The notes under the pieces are model-generated. The model searched no databases. It was not told the origin of the DNA and saw nothing but the letters and a program-made list of their open reading frames with translations. The position numbers were made by a program, and so were the translations under genes. Positions 26,628-38,790 of a stretch of DNA of 64,000 nucleotides are shown here, piece by piece (position 1 is the stretch's first letter; each line of letters opens with the position of its first letter). Source of the DNA: the human T2T-CHM13v2.0 reference genome, Homo sapiens; the NCBI RefSeq assembly GCF_009914755.1, contig NC_060925.1. One strand, written 5' to 3'.

Positions 26628-29098
26628 TATGGGAGCTCCAGGAGGAGCAGAAAATGATAAAACAGCAGAAAACGTATTTAAAGCAATAAGACAGAAAACT
26701 TTCTAAATCTGGAGAAGTGACATCCACATCACTAAGCATAAAAACTGAGATATATAAATGTAAAGAATTATTTAATGAGACACATTAGGATCAAATTGTC
26801 AAAAGTCAAAGACAAGAGAATTTTGAAAGCAGCAAGAAAAAAATGACTCACTACACGCAGACTCTCTTCTCCTCCCCATAATACTATAAGTAAATTTCTC
26901 AGCAGAAACCTTGCAGATCAGGAGAGAGTGGGCTAATATCTTCAAAGTGCTAACAGAAAAAAAAAAAAAAACCTTGCCAACCAAGAATACCATACCCACC
27001 AAAGCTGCCCTGTAGAAATGAAAGAAATATAAAGAGACTTCCACAAACAAAAGCTGTGAGAGTTTATCACCACTAGACCTGCCTTATAAGAAATGCTAAT
27101 GAGAGTTCTTCAAGTTGAAGAACTTCCAAGATGCTCACTAACAACATGAAAACATGAAAGTATAAAACTCATTGCAAAGGTAAGAATATAGCCAAATTGA
27201 AAGTACTCTAATACTGTAACAGTGGTGTGTAAACCACTTTTAACTCTATTCTAAAAGTTAAAAGAAAAAATTATTAAAAATAACTATAACTGCAATAATC
27301 TGATAATAGATACATAATATATAAAAGATGTACATTGTGATGTCAATAACATAAAATGTGAGGGAAAAGAAGTTAAAATGTAGAGCTTTCGTATTCAAAG
27401 TTAGGTTATCAGCTTAAAATATACTTCTATAACCATAGAGGTTTTATATAAGCCTCATGGTAGCCACAAAGAAAAAAACCTGTAGTAGACACACTAAAGG
27501 TAAAGAGAAAGGAGCAGAAGCATGCCAATACAGAGAATTACAAAGGAAGAGGGCAGGAGCCAAAAAAAAAAAAAAAAAGGAAAAATAGTCAGAAAACAAT
27601 TAACAAAATAGCATCAGTAAGTCCTTACCTATTAATAATTACCTTGTATAAAAAGATTACATTCTCTAATCAAAATACACAGAGTGGCTTAATGGAAAAA
27701 AACAGCAATAAGATCTTACTATATGCTGCCTGTAAAGAGACTCACTTTAATGACACACAGACTGAATGTGAAGGTATGAAAAAATAGATTTTATGCAAAT
27801 GGTAACAAAAGAGATATTCTCCAGGATACACTATGTTAGTACACAGAACAAGTCTTAAAAAATTTAAGAAGATTGAAATCATGTCAAGTACCTTTACTGA
27901 CCACATTGATATAAAATTAGAATAACAGGAAAGAAAACTGAAAATTTGCAAATGTGTGGAAATAAAACAACACATGACTAAACAACCAATGAGCAAATCA
28001 AAAATCAAAAATAAAATACAAAATATATTTAGGCAAATGAAAATGGAAGCACAACATACCAAAATTTACAGGATGCAGCCAAAGCACTCCTGAGAAGTAA
28101 GTTTATAGCATGAAGTGTCTGCATTAAAAAAGAAGACAAATCTCACATAAACAATCTAACTTTACACCTCGACAAACTAGAAAAAGAACAAACTAAGACT
28201 AACGTTAGCAGAAGTAAGAAATTGAAAATGACACAAATAAATGGAAAGATATCCCATGTTTATGCATTGGAATAATTAATGTTAACATGTTCATACTACC
28301 CAAAGCAATTTACATATTCAATGCAATCTCATTCAGAATTCAAAAGGCATTTTTGACAGAAATAGAAAAAATTCTGAAAAGACCCTGACTAGCCAATGCA
28401 ATCTTGAGAAAAATAACAAAAGCTGGAGGCATCACACTATCTGATTTTAAATTGCACTACAAATCTATAGTAATCAAAATAGCATGATATTGGCATAAAA
28501 ACAGACATATAGATCAATGGAATAGAATCTAGAGTCCAGAAATAAAACCACACATTTATGGTCAAATGATCATCAATAAAGCTACCAAGAAAGGCTAGTC
28601 TCTTCAATAAATGGTGTTGGAAAAACTGGATATCCACATGTAGAATAATAAATTTGGAGCCTTATCTTATGCCATACAAAAAATCAACCCAAACTAGATT
28701 AAAGACTTAAAAGCAAGACCAGAAACTAAAACTACTAGAAGAAAACATAGGAAAAATGCTTCATGACATTGATCAGGGCAATGATTTTTAGATGTGACTC
28801 CAAAGAAAAGTAAAAATAGAAAAATGGGATTGCTTCTAACTAAAATGCTTCTGAGTAACAAAGGAAACAATAAGCAAAATGAAAAGGCATCCAATGAAAC
28901 GAGAGAAAATATTTGCAAACTATACATCTGATAAGGGCTTAATATTCAAAATATATAAAGAACTCATACAACTCATTAGTGAGAAAACAAATAATCAAAT
29001 TAAAAGTGGGGTAAGTTCCTGATAGACAGTTCTCAAAAGAAGACATACAAATTAGTCAACAGGTATATGAAAAAGTGCTCAGTATCACTAACCATCAT

Positions 29099-29121
29099 GC
29101 AATTACTTTTGCACCAACATA
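29099..29121 (+). mobile_element. Single MADE1/Hsmar1 terminal inverted repeat fragment
   Basis: GCAATTACTTTTGCACCAAC matches the MADE1/Hsmar1 TIR. Confidence 0.7.
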
Positions 29122-29461
29122 GTTGTACTCAAAGGCAAAACCACCTCCAATTTTTTGAATGATTTTTTTCTTAATATTCTATTTCTTAGTTTCTCACTTA
29201 TAGACATTTTCTATTTATTTTAATTCTTTTACATGCCTTTTACATGATTGTTATTTTATTAAAAATTTTATTTTCCTTTAGTTATCTTTCAGTCGTTCTA
29301 TAAATTAAAAAATTTTTGCTCTCATATTTTAAGAGTTTTCTTGCTCTCTGATTATTCCTTTTTCATGGCATACAGTACTTTTTTAATGAATGCAAAATAT
29401 CCTATTAATCCTCTGAAAATTTCAATCATAGCTTTAATAAGCTTTTGTTCTGAACTCTACA

Positions 29462-30092
29462 TGGTAGATACAATTCTTAGGGGAATCCCAAGTTTTTTGT
29501 CCAATGTTGTACATATATATTTTCTCCATTTTCCAATCAAACATTCTCTAGGTACTGCTGTGATTAGGTTTGAGGATATAATTAAGGTCATAAGTCAGCT
29601 GACTTTAAGGAAAAATTGTCCTGGGTGAACCTGACCTAATTACGTGAGATTTTTGAAAGGATCAAGTTCCTCCTGGTGAAAGATTTAAAGAATGAATGAG
29701 ATTTTATTCATGGGAAGTTCTTCATTGCTAGCTTTGGAGATGAAAGAATGCCACATGGCAAGGTATGTAGGCCATGAGGATAATCTTGAGTTGCTAACAG
29801 CAACCATTGGCAGACAGCTGGCAAGAAAATAGGAACTTCATTTCAGAAACCACAAGGAACTAAATTTTTTCAACAATCTAAGTAAGTTTGGAAGCAGGTT
29901 CTTCCCTAGAGCATCCAGACAAGAGCCCACTCAGGATGACATCTTGACTTCAGCTTAGTGGAACACTGAGCGAAGAACCTAATCATGCTATTCCTGATCT
30001 TCTAAGACCTATAAAAGTGTGAGCTGAAATGAGTGCTATTTAAGCTGCTAAGTTTGTGGTAATTTGTTACACAGCAGTAGAAAACTAATACA
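29462..30092 (+). mobile_element. MLT1E-like solo LTR
   Basis: 'ctaggtactgctgtga', 'gtcagctgactttaag', ends 'gctgctaagtttgtggtaatttgttacacagcagtagaaaactaataca'. Confidence 0.8.
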
Positions 30093-31235
30093 CTCTGCAT
30101 TATTTCTTTATTCTACATTCTTTTTTTTGTTTGTTTTGACTTCTATATTTCTTATTGCTAATTTTTTTCAATTATCTTACAATCCATAATGATTTATTTG
30201 TATGTAAGTAAGTTCATGGTATTAGAAAACTGATGAGGCATTCTGCATACATGCATTTGACAAAATTCCATGTCAGTAGCAACTGAGGTCTTTTCTGTGA
30301 AGCCTGGAAAGGTATATGGTGAGTTGCAGGTGTTATGGAACTAGGGATGCATAAATAGCCCAGGAGATTTAGTGTTTACAATGTGGAATTTTTATTAATA
30401 CACTTACCCTCTGTTCCACACTTCACCTCCACCATCCACTATGCTTGGTTCTCCTCTTTAGGAGTTTCTTCCATTCAGTTATTCCAGCAAATAACCCTCC
30501 AGTCTGCTGCTGGATTTGTGATAACCACTCTTTATACTGACTTTTAATCATTTCCCAGTTTCTTAGTTCCACTTTCTTTAGTATCTGAAGCTTTGAAGAG
30601 TTCAGGTTTTCAGGGGTTGAGGTAGCAAACAGGATAACTTCTCAGAGCTTTGCAGCCTCTTCTTTAACTCAGTTACCACTCCTCAATTCACTTTATTTCT
30701 TCCAAATTTGTTTGCAATCACTTGTCCATGGATGTTTCCTTTTCTATTTTCTTTGTCTTCATGTGTCCATTTCATTTAAAGTATCTATGCTGTCATTTAA
30801 AAGGACTTCAGGAAAGAGAGAATATAAATGCATACAGTCAGTCTTTTTAAACTAGAAATTCTCTTGATTTTATTTTTATTTATTTTTGCTTAAGAAGGGA
30901 ATTTTACTTAATAAAAGGAATTAGAATCCCTCGATGAACCCCAGGGCAGGAGCTACAACTAGGACTGTCAAAGTATGAAAGTAAGGAATAAAAATCCTCA
31001 GAAACCAAAGAAAACATTTATTAGTATTTTTCAAAAATAATTTTATAAGAAAGATCGGCCTATAGTTTTTCCTTTTTACAACTACTTTGTCATTAAAAAT
31101 CATGATTATGTGTGCATAAAATGAATTGGGAACTCATTTTCTATGTGCTGGAAAAGTTTATGTAAACATCAGTCTTCATTTTTACTCTAGCAGTTGGTAG
31201 AATTCATTAGTAAAGTCGTTCGGGCCTATTTCTTT

Positions 31236-33085
31236 CTTTTTTTTTTTTGTCTTCAAGCATCTGTTTAACAAAGCACATCTTGCACCGCCCTTAATCCATT
31301 TAACCCTGAGCTGACACAGCACATGTTTCAGAGAGCAGGGGGTTGGGGGTAAGGTTATAGATTAACAGCATCCCAAGGCAGAAAAATTTTTCTTAGTACA
31401 GAACAAAATGGAGTCTCCTATGTCTACTTCATTCTACACAGACACAGTAACAATCTGATCTCTCTTTCTTTTCCCCACATTTCCCGCTTTTCTTTTCGAC
31501 AAAACTGCCATCGTCATCATGGCCCGTTCTCAATGGTCGCTGTCTCTTCGGAGCTGTTGGGTACACTTCCCAGACGGGTGGGCCTGGCAGAGGCGCTCCT
31601 CACTTCCCAGATGGGGCGGCCGGACAGAGGCGCTCCTCACTTCCCAGACAGGGCGGCTGGGCAGAGGTGCTCCCCACCTCCCAGACGGGGCGGCCGGGCA
31701 GAGGTGCTCCTCACCTCCCAGACGAAGAGTGGCCCGGCAGAGGCGCCCCTCACTTCCCAGGCGGGGCAGCCAGGCAGAGACGCCCCTCACCTCCCAGACA
31801 GGGTGGCGGCCAGGCAGAGGCGCTCCTCACTTCCCAGACGGGATGGCGGCTGGGCAGAGACGCCCCTCACCTCCCAAACAGGGCGGCTGGGCAGAGGCGC
31901 TCCTACCTCCCAGATGGGGCAGCCGGGCAGAGATGCCCGTCACCTCCCAGATGGGGTGGCTGGGCAGAGGCGCCCACTTCCCAGACGGGGCGGCCGGGCA
32001 GAGGTGCTCCCCACCTCCCAGACGAAGGGCAGCTGGACAGAGGTGCTCCTCACTTCCCAGGCGGGGCGGCCGGACAGAGGTGCTCCTCACATCCCAGACG
32101 GGGCAGCAGGGCAGAGGTGCTCCCCACCTCCCAGATGGGGCAGCCGGGCAGAGGCGCTCCTCACCTCCCAGACGAAGAGCGGCCCGGCAGAGGTGCCCCT
32201 CACTTCCCAGGCAGGGCAGCCAGGCAGAGACGCCCCTCACCTCCCAGATGGGGCGGCGGCCGGGCAGAGGCGCTCCTCACTTCCCAGATGGGGTGGCGGC
32301 CGGGCAGAGACGCCCCTCACCTCCCAGACGGGACAGCCAGGCAGAGGCGCCCACTTCCCAGACGGGGCGGCCAGGCAGAGGCGCTCCCCACCTCCCAGAC
32401 GGGGTGGCCGGTCAGAGGCGCTCCTCATTTCCCATTCGGGGCAACTGGGCAGAGGTGCTCCTCACTTCCTCCCAGACGTGGTGGCCGGGCAGAGGCACCC
32501 CTCACCTCCCAGACGGGGCAGCCAGGCAGAGGGGCTCCTCACATCCCAGATGATGGGTGGCCAGGCAGAGACGCTGCTGCTCACTTCCTAGACGGGGTGG
32601 CGGGCGGGCAGAGGCTGTAATCTTAGCACTTTGGGAGGCCAAGGCAGGTGGCTGGGAGGTGGAGGTTGTAGCGAGCGAGATCACGCCACTGCACTCCAGC
32701 CTGGGCAACATTGAGCATTGAGTGAGCGAGACTCCGTCTGCAATCCCAGCACCTCGGGAGGTCGAGATGGGCAGATCACCCTAGGCCAGGAGCTGGAGAC
32801 CAGCTAGGTCAACACCGCGAAACACTGTCTCCACCAAAAATACAAAAACCAGTCAGGAGTGGGGGCGCATGCCTGGAATCCCAGGCACTCAGCAGGCCGA
32901 GGCAGGAGAATCACTGGAGCCCAAGGCAGGGAGGTTGCAGCGAGCCAAGATCATGGCAGTACAGTCCAGGCTCCACAAGAGAGGGAGACCGTAGAAAGAG
33001 GGAGACGGAGAGCTAGAAGGAGAGCGAGAGGCAGAGGCGGAGAGGGGAGAGGGGAGAGGGGAGAGGGGAGAGGGGAGAGGGGAGA
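31236..33085 (-). mobile_element. SVA retrotransposon (SVA_A-like) with 3'-shortened SINE-R
   Basis: Poly-T, SINE-R (31249-31567, with the SVA_A-type 'tcgctgtctcttcggagctgttggg'), GC-rich VNTR (~31568-32610), Alu-like domain (~32611-32990), purine repeat; perfect TSD GGGCCTATTTCTTT at 31222-31235 and 33086-33099. Confidence 0.96.
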
Positions 33086-33099
33086 GGGCCTATTTCTTT

Positions 33100-34250
33100 G
33101 TTGGAAGGTTTGAATTTGCAGGTTTGTAGTCTTTAATAGGTATAGAACTATTAAGTTTTTTTATTCTTTATTATCTTTTAGTAGGTAGCATGAAAGCATT
33201 TATGCATTTCACTTAAACTTTCAAAGTGACTGACAACATTGTTTGTACTATTCTCTTACTTTTAATGTCTGTAACATCTCTGATGATGTCTGCTTTTAAT
33301 TCCTCACAATGCTTATTTTTCCATCCCTCTTTTTTCTCTTGATCAGTCTTGTCAGGGTTTGTCATTTTCGTAACCTTTGAAAAGATTAACTTTTGGCTTT
33401 CTTGATGCTATACTGTATATTTGTTTTCTGATTCATTAATTTCTGCTTTTATACTTATTATTTTCTTCCTTATAATTTGAGCTTAACAGCTATTTTATCC
33501 TAACTTTTGATATATGTTACTGTTTCTTGATTTTAAGCCTTTTTCTTGTCTAATATATGTATTTAAGGCTATGCCTTTTCCTCTAAGCATAGCCTCAGCT
33601 GCATCCTACAAATTTGTATATGCTATATTTTATAATTATTCAACTTAACAAAATTTCCAATTTCTATTGAGATTCCCTCTTTTATTCATATATTATCTAA
33701 AAGTATGCTAATTAATTTACCAAGAAATGGGAATATGGAGGTTTTCTAATTTTCTTTTCATTACTGATTTCTAGCTTTAGGTGTGACAAAACAAAAAATT
33801 TCCACATAGTCTCAATAGTTTGGGATTTGCTGATATTTACTTTATGGGCAGGTTTGGTAGATTATTTACCTCCTCGCAGTTGAAAGAATGTGTGTTCTGC
33901 AGGGATTATCCAGTGTTCTGTATATGTCAATTAAATATAGTTTATTAATCAAGTTGTTTAAATTTTCTGGATCCTGATTTTTTATTGTGTGCTTGCCATA
34001 TCAGTTGTTGAGAAAAATCTTACCAGTTTTTGAGAAAATCATGCGTAGTGACTGGGAATTTTATATTCTTCCTTTAATTTTGTTAATAATTCAAAATTTT
34101 ATATATGTGTTGGGCTACTGTATTAGCTGCATCCATATTTAGAATTGTTATATCTTACTGGTGAATTTACCTTTTCATCATTTTAAAATATTCTTCTCAG
34201 TTTATAGTATTGCTTCTTTCCTTAAAGTGTACTGTTACTTACTATTTCAT
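33100..34250 (-). mobile_element. Degraded old L1 ORF2 fragment (host of the SVA insertion; also ~31085-31221)
   Basis: Antisense ORF2-like motifs 'ttttctcttgatcagtcttgtcagggtttgtca', 'cctctaagcatagcctcagctgcatcctacaaattt'. Confidence 0.65.
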
Positions 34251-34676
34251 TTAGTTTTCCATCAGATGGAACTGACTATTGTTTAATTGAGTGCCAAGCT
34301 GGCATTATTTGTAAAATTTATAGAAATAATTCGAGAGCAGAGTGATGGTCTTTTTATGCGGTTTAGTTTGTGCCTCACAACTAGAGACAAAAGGTGTCAC
34401 AGATATTAGGGTTTAAGATAATTTGGCATTTGTGCTAAGTTCTGTTGAACTCTGAGTCACTGTTATTTCTACTGTGTAGCCCTTTGGTGTTACAGCCTAA
34501 GGGAGAGGTTTTCACCAGGGCACTCCTTCTCTGTACTCCCTGGACTCCATTTTTGTCTTCCTATCTTCTCTTGGCTACCTCTTCGGGGAATGGGAGTCCT
34601 TGAATTCTGTGCTCAACTCTTTGGCTTGCCTTCTTGTGGATGTTGGCCCCCTAAATAGCTGATGCCTTGTGATATC

Positions 34677-35225
34677 TGATAAAGATTCTCTCCTTGATAA
34701 AACTTTAGCCAGCCCCCTCTGTGCTCCTTTTCAACTAGGTGTCAACCTTGGCCTTTAAAGACTTGAACAAAATACTAACATAATTTCTAACAGCTCAAGG
34801 CCACGTCCCTGTGATGACCCTAACACCTTTAAAGCATTTGCCTGAGAAAACCCAAGGCTGCTAAAAGAATTTACTTTTGTTCCATCCAGCTGACACCTGA
34901 AGATAGAGTCCTTGTCTCTGAGCCTTGGTGGATGAGTAGGAGCTAATTTTGCTAACTTCAGTAAGCATCAGTTAGCAAACACCCATGGGTTTTATATTCA
35001 TCAACTCCTCTTTGCCCTTTTTGTGATTTTTTACTTCCTTGATTCCACTGAGCTTTTGTTCACCCCTCTCCCTATTTTCACATTCTGCCTTTAAAAAGCT
35101 TGTTTATCTCTACAGATTGTAGTTGGGTTTAGTTCACGCTGGACTCTTTTCCTTATTACAATAATATATTGCTGATTAAAATCTGTTCTTACTGCTTTAA
35201 CTGGTATCCTGCTTTATCTTTGAAA
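34677..35225 (+). mobile_element. ERV1 solo LTR (MER31/MER67 family)
   Basis: Starts 'tgataaagattctctccttgataaaactttagccag', has ATTAAA near the 3' end, ends 'gctttatctttgaaa'. Confidence 0.7.
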
Positions 35226-35334
35226 CATCTATGAAGACTTCAAGTACATTAATGTGTGTGTGTGTTCCAAATTTTCTAGTTGTTTTTAGTAGGAGGATTG
35301 GTCAGAATAGACTTTTTTTTTTTTTTAATTTTCA

Positions 35335-36070
35335 GAAGCCCCTCCTCTTTTCACTCTTCAACCCACTCAATGTGGCTTCATTCAGCTGCCTTGTTAACAT
35401 GCTATTGGCCGACATGTTCCCATGCTTGATTAATGCTTTCTTGAATCTCATCTTACTTAACCCTCAATAGCACTTGGCACCACTGAACGTTCTCTCCTTT
35501 TTGAAACATGCTTCCCTTTTGAGTTCTGTAACTCCACACTCTTATTTTTCCTTTTACCTCCCAGACATTGCCATCTCAGTTTTCGTTGCTGGCTCATTCT
35601 CTTCTACTTTACCTCTAAATGTTGGAGTTTTGCATAGCTTAGTCTTGATTCCTCTTCTCTTCTTTCCCTTTCTTTTTCTACATTCTCACCTAAGACAATT
35701 TTTTTATTCCTATAATTGTAAATAACAAGTCAGAAACCTGAGATTTATCATTAATACCTTCTTCTTTCTCACTTCACGTCAACACCCATGGGTTTCACAT
35801 GTCTCGTAGCTTCAACTTCCAAGATGTTTCAAATCTGGCTTTTTTTTCTCTATTTCTATTGGCACCATCCAACTCCAAGCTATAATATATTTATTTCCCA
35901 TTTGAACTAAGGCAATACATTTCTAACTGATTTCTTTCCTTTGCCCTTTTTTCCCTTCAATTCGTTCTTCACATAGCAGCCAATTTTCTTTTTAAGCATG
36001 TAAATTAAGTCATGCCATTCATATGCTTAAAAAGCCCTCCATGACTTCCCATCACAGTGAGAATAAAATA
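35335..36070 (+). mobile_element. L2 fragment
   Basis: 'ctctaaatgttggag', 'gtcagaaacctgagatttatc', 'gacttcccatcacagtgagaataaaa'. Confidence 0.65.
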
Positions 36071-36084
36071 AAAGTCTTGTGTTT

Positions 36085-36630
36085 TTGGTGTCTGTATCTG
36101 CAAGAAAATGTGTTTGGCTCCTAAAACAGAGATTTGACCATGATATTTAAATAGATCAAGTGTTTTTTCCTCTCATATAAAAGAACTGTAAAAGGGTTTA
36201 TCCAGTATTGGTTTTATGGCTCCACAAAGTCATGAGGAACTCTGGCTCCTTCTGTTGTTCTGTTCTGCCATTCTTAGCCCTGGCTTCAATCCTCAATGTT
36301 GCCCCATGATCATAAGATGGGCTGATGGACCCCCAGCTATCACCTTTATTTTCCATGGGAAGAAAAGAAATGATAAGGTACAACAAAAGTAACTTCAGTT
36401 CTTTACTTTCCTTTGCAGAAACTTTTCTAGAAGTTCTTACCCAGAAAGTTCTGCATATGTCTCCTTCGGTAAAACCTAATTATATATTCACATCTGTATT
36501 CAAAGGAGACTAAGAAAAATAATATATTTTATTTCAGTAAATTTCCAACTTCCAGAAAAATCAGGCTTCTCTTATAAGGGAGAAGAAGAGAATTAACTTC
36601 GAATAGGCTACTACCGGTCTCTACCACAAC
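36085..36630 (-). mobile_element. Old ERVL LTR (LTR33-like)
   Basis: 'ggctccttctgttgttctgttctgccattcttag', 'cataagatgggctg...ccagctatcac'. Confidence 0.5.
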
Positions 36631-37889
36631 AACCTAAATCATCTCACCGTTGGCTCCTTCTCCCAATCCTATGACAATCTCTTTCCTGTTTATCACATTC
36701 TGGCTGTGCAATCCTTTGTGACTACTCTGTCTAAATTAAGGTTATCTTGTTCATCTCCATCATCACAATCTTTTATCCTTCCTTATTTAAGAGATACTCA
36801 GGCAATACCTCTCAAGAGTCTTTGCTCTTAATGTCTGGGCTACACAGGTTACATTCAGTAAAGTTCAGTACATTCAGTACAGTTATTTCTTCATATTAAT
36901 TTATTTGTTTTAAAATCATTGATTATATTTATGAATTACCAGGGTAAATAATCATTCTATGTGTTATTCAAATAACTATATGGAGCAAGAGAATACTAAA
37001 TTATAATCTCAGCTAAATTTCTAGTACTGTAATTAAAAAAATCAGAACTTTTTTCCAGAGTATAACTATGTTATACCTGTAAGCACCAAGTACTTACTTT
37101 TTAGAGCTTTACTTTATATTCAACATTAGTCTACTAGGCTAATGTTTACTATTCATTATCAAGCTTATTCCTGGCTCTTTTGTTATTCTAGTCACTAAGT
37201 CTGTGTACTAGTAAGAAACAGAGCATTTAGTTTGCAATTAAATGCAGACATTTAGGCCAGAAAGGAAGATTTTGCCTTGTTGGGAAATTCAAAAAACAGA
37301 AAGTAGGTCTTTCATTGTGTGACAACATCAAAGAAGTTTTAAAAAAGTGGGGTATAAGGTAGAAGATAGGCATAAGAATAGAACTTTGTATTTATATGGC
37401 TTTAACGTTTAGAGGTATTCTTAACCTGTTTTGTTTCACTTTCAGTCATTATGGCTGAAATTTTTGTCATTTGCAAGTAAGAATTGTTATCCATCCTGTT
37501 CAGGATCATATATTTAGTGGCAGCATCTGTTTAAGGTCTGGACACAGTCTGACATTAAAAATGACAACAACAATAACAAAAAACGTAGGAAATAAAACTC
37601 AAATTAGGATGTGTTCACTTCTGTTCCTTCAGTCTTTCATGTATTTCTTCTCATTCTATAATCCATAGTCAACCCAGACACAGTATGGGATAGAGGCCCA
37701 GAAAGCAGGCACAAATATACCGAATCCTAGCACTTAGGTTCTCTCCTCAGAGTCAAGCACTTCCCAGAGTGTGAAGAGGAGAGCTACATATTTCATATCG
37801 TAAGCTAGTGGTCTCTGTATCTCTGGGAAGGGTGTAAATAGGGGGTTGGAAAAACTACCTCTGTGCCCTTAGAGTACTGTCGTGGGTCC

Positions 37890-38790
37890 TCCTGCCCTTT
37901 GCATTTTGTCAAAGTGCTTGCTTATCAACACCTCCTGTCCTTTGCAAAGGGGGAGAGGATGGTGGTGATGGGGGAGCCAATTATGGCAGCTTCTCGCTGC
38001 AGTGCGCAGAGTGGCTGAGTTGTCATTCATTACCGCCTAATGTTTAGCTGCAGTATGCAAACCAACAAGGCTGCTGCGAGGAGTCGCAGCTGAGAAGGGA
38101 ACGCCTGACAGAGGCAATAAACACCTTCTTCTTCAAGAGGTGCCACTGCAGGGTCATAGAATTTGCATGCGGCTCCAGTTGTGCCTGGAACTCAGGTTAT
38201 TAATTATTATCCAAATTACCCCCCTTGTTACCTCCAAGCTCTCATTATAGCTGCAAATACGGGTATGTTCAACTCCCGCCCCACTGCCCCCATATATTAT
38301 GCCACCACTTTGTTACATAACTACCAAGAGCAGGAGCCCATCGGAGGGACTTTAAACAAAATAAAAGCTCTGCCGAGGAGTGCTTTCTCTTTGTTTGGCT
38401 GAAAGAGGATGGCAGTAATGTAAAACACCTTCATACTGAAATCCAACATCCATACTCATCAAGTGGACTTAGATTTTCAGATTATCTTCTGTCATTTTGT
38501 CACAATGCATTTGCTTTGCAAAGGGCAGCATCAGTGGGGGATGCTGTTACCCACGTTCAAAATCAGGTCCTGCTGCAAATGGAAATTAGAGGCATCTCAG
38601 AAGCAAGAGTTTAACCTGATCATTGTTGTTTATCGAGGCCCATATAGTGCCTTTCACAAACCTCAGAAGCTTTATGGAATTCTGACTGACCCCATAACTC
38701 TGCCTGCTGGTGAAACATGGCTGCCCTTGCTGCAGGACTCATCTCTTTTGTAAAATCACCAGCAATCCAACAATAAATGATTTGCTTTAG
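37890..38790. promoter_or_regulatory. Candidate conserved non-coding element / enhancer
   Basis: Repeat-free, CpG-retaining; octamer ATTTGCAT (38161), TGACAG (38106), TAATTA (38201), SOX-like CATTGTT (38621) and CACAATG (38500); function is inferred. Confidence 0.4.

Larger units (their letters stand above)
25050..29098 (+). mobile_element. Old L1 (L1MA/MB-like): 5'UTR with tandem array, ORF1 and internally deleted ORF2, no 3' end
   Basis: Starts 'cagcaagatggtag'; ORF1-like ORF 25967..26248 (LPDKEFKITIIKKFSELQEN); ORF2 EN and C-terminal remnants; A-rich + strand. Confidence 0.85.

Noticed and set aside
31568-32610. CRISPR-like repeated units
   Set aside because: Contiguous VNTR units with no unique spacers, inside an SVA in a primate genome.
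31519-32620. Three long overlapping ORFs (344, 352, 317 aa)
   Set aside because: All are antisense readings of the stop-poor GC-rich SVA VNTR; repetitive peptides, no gene structure.
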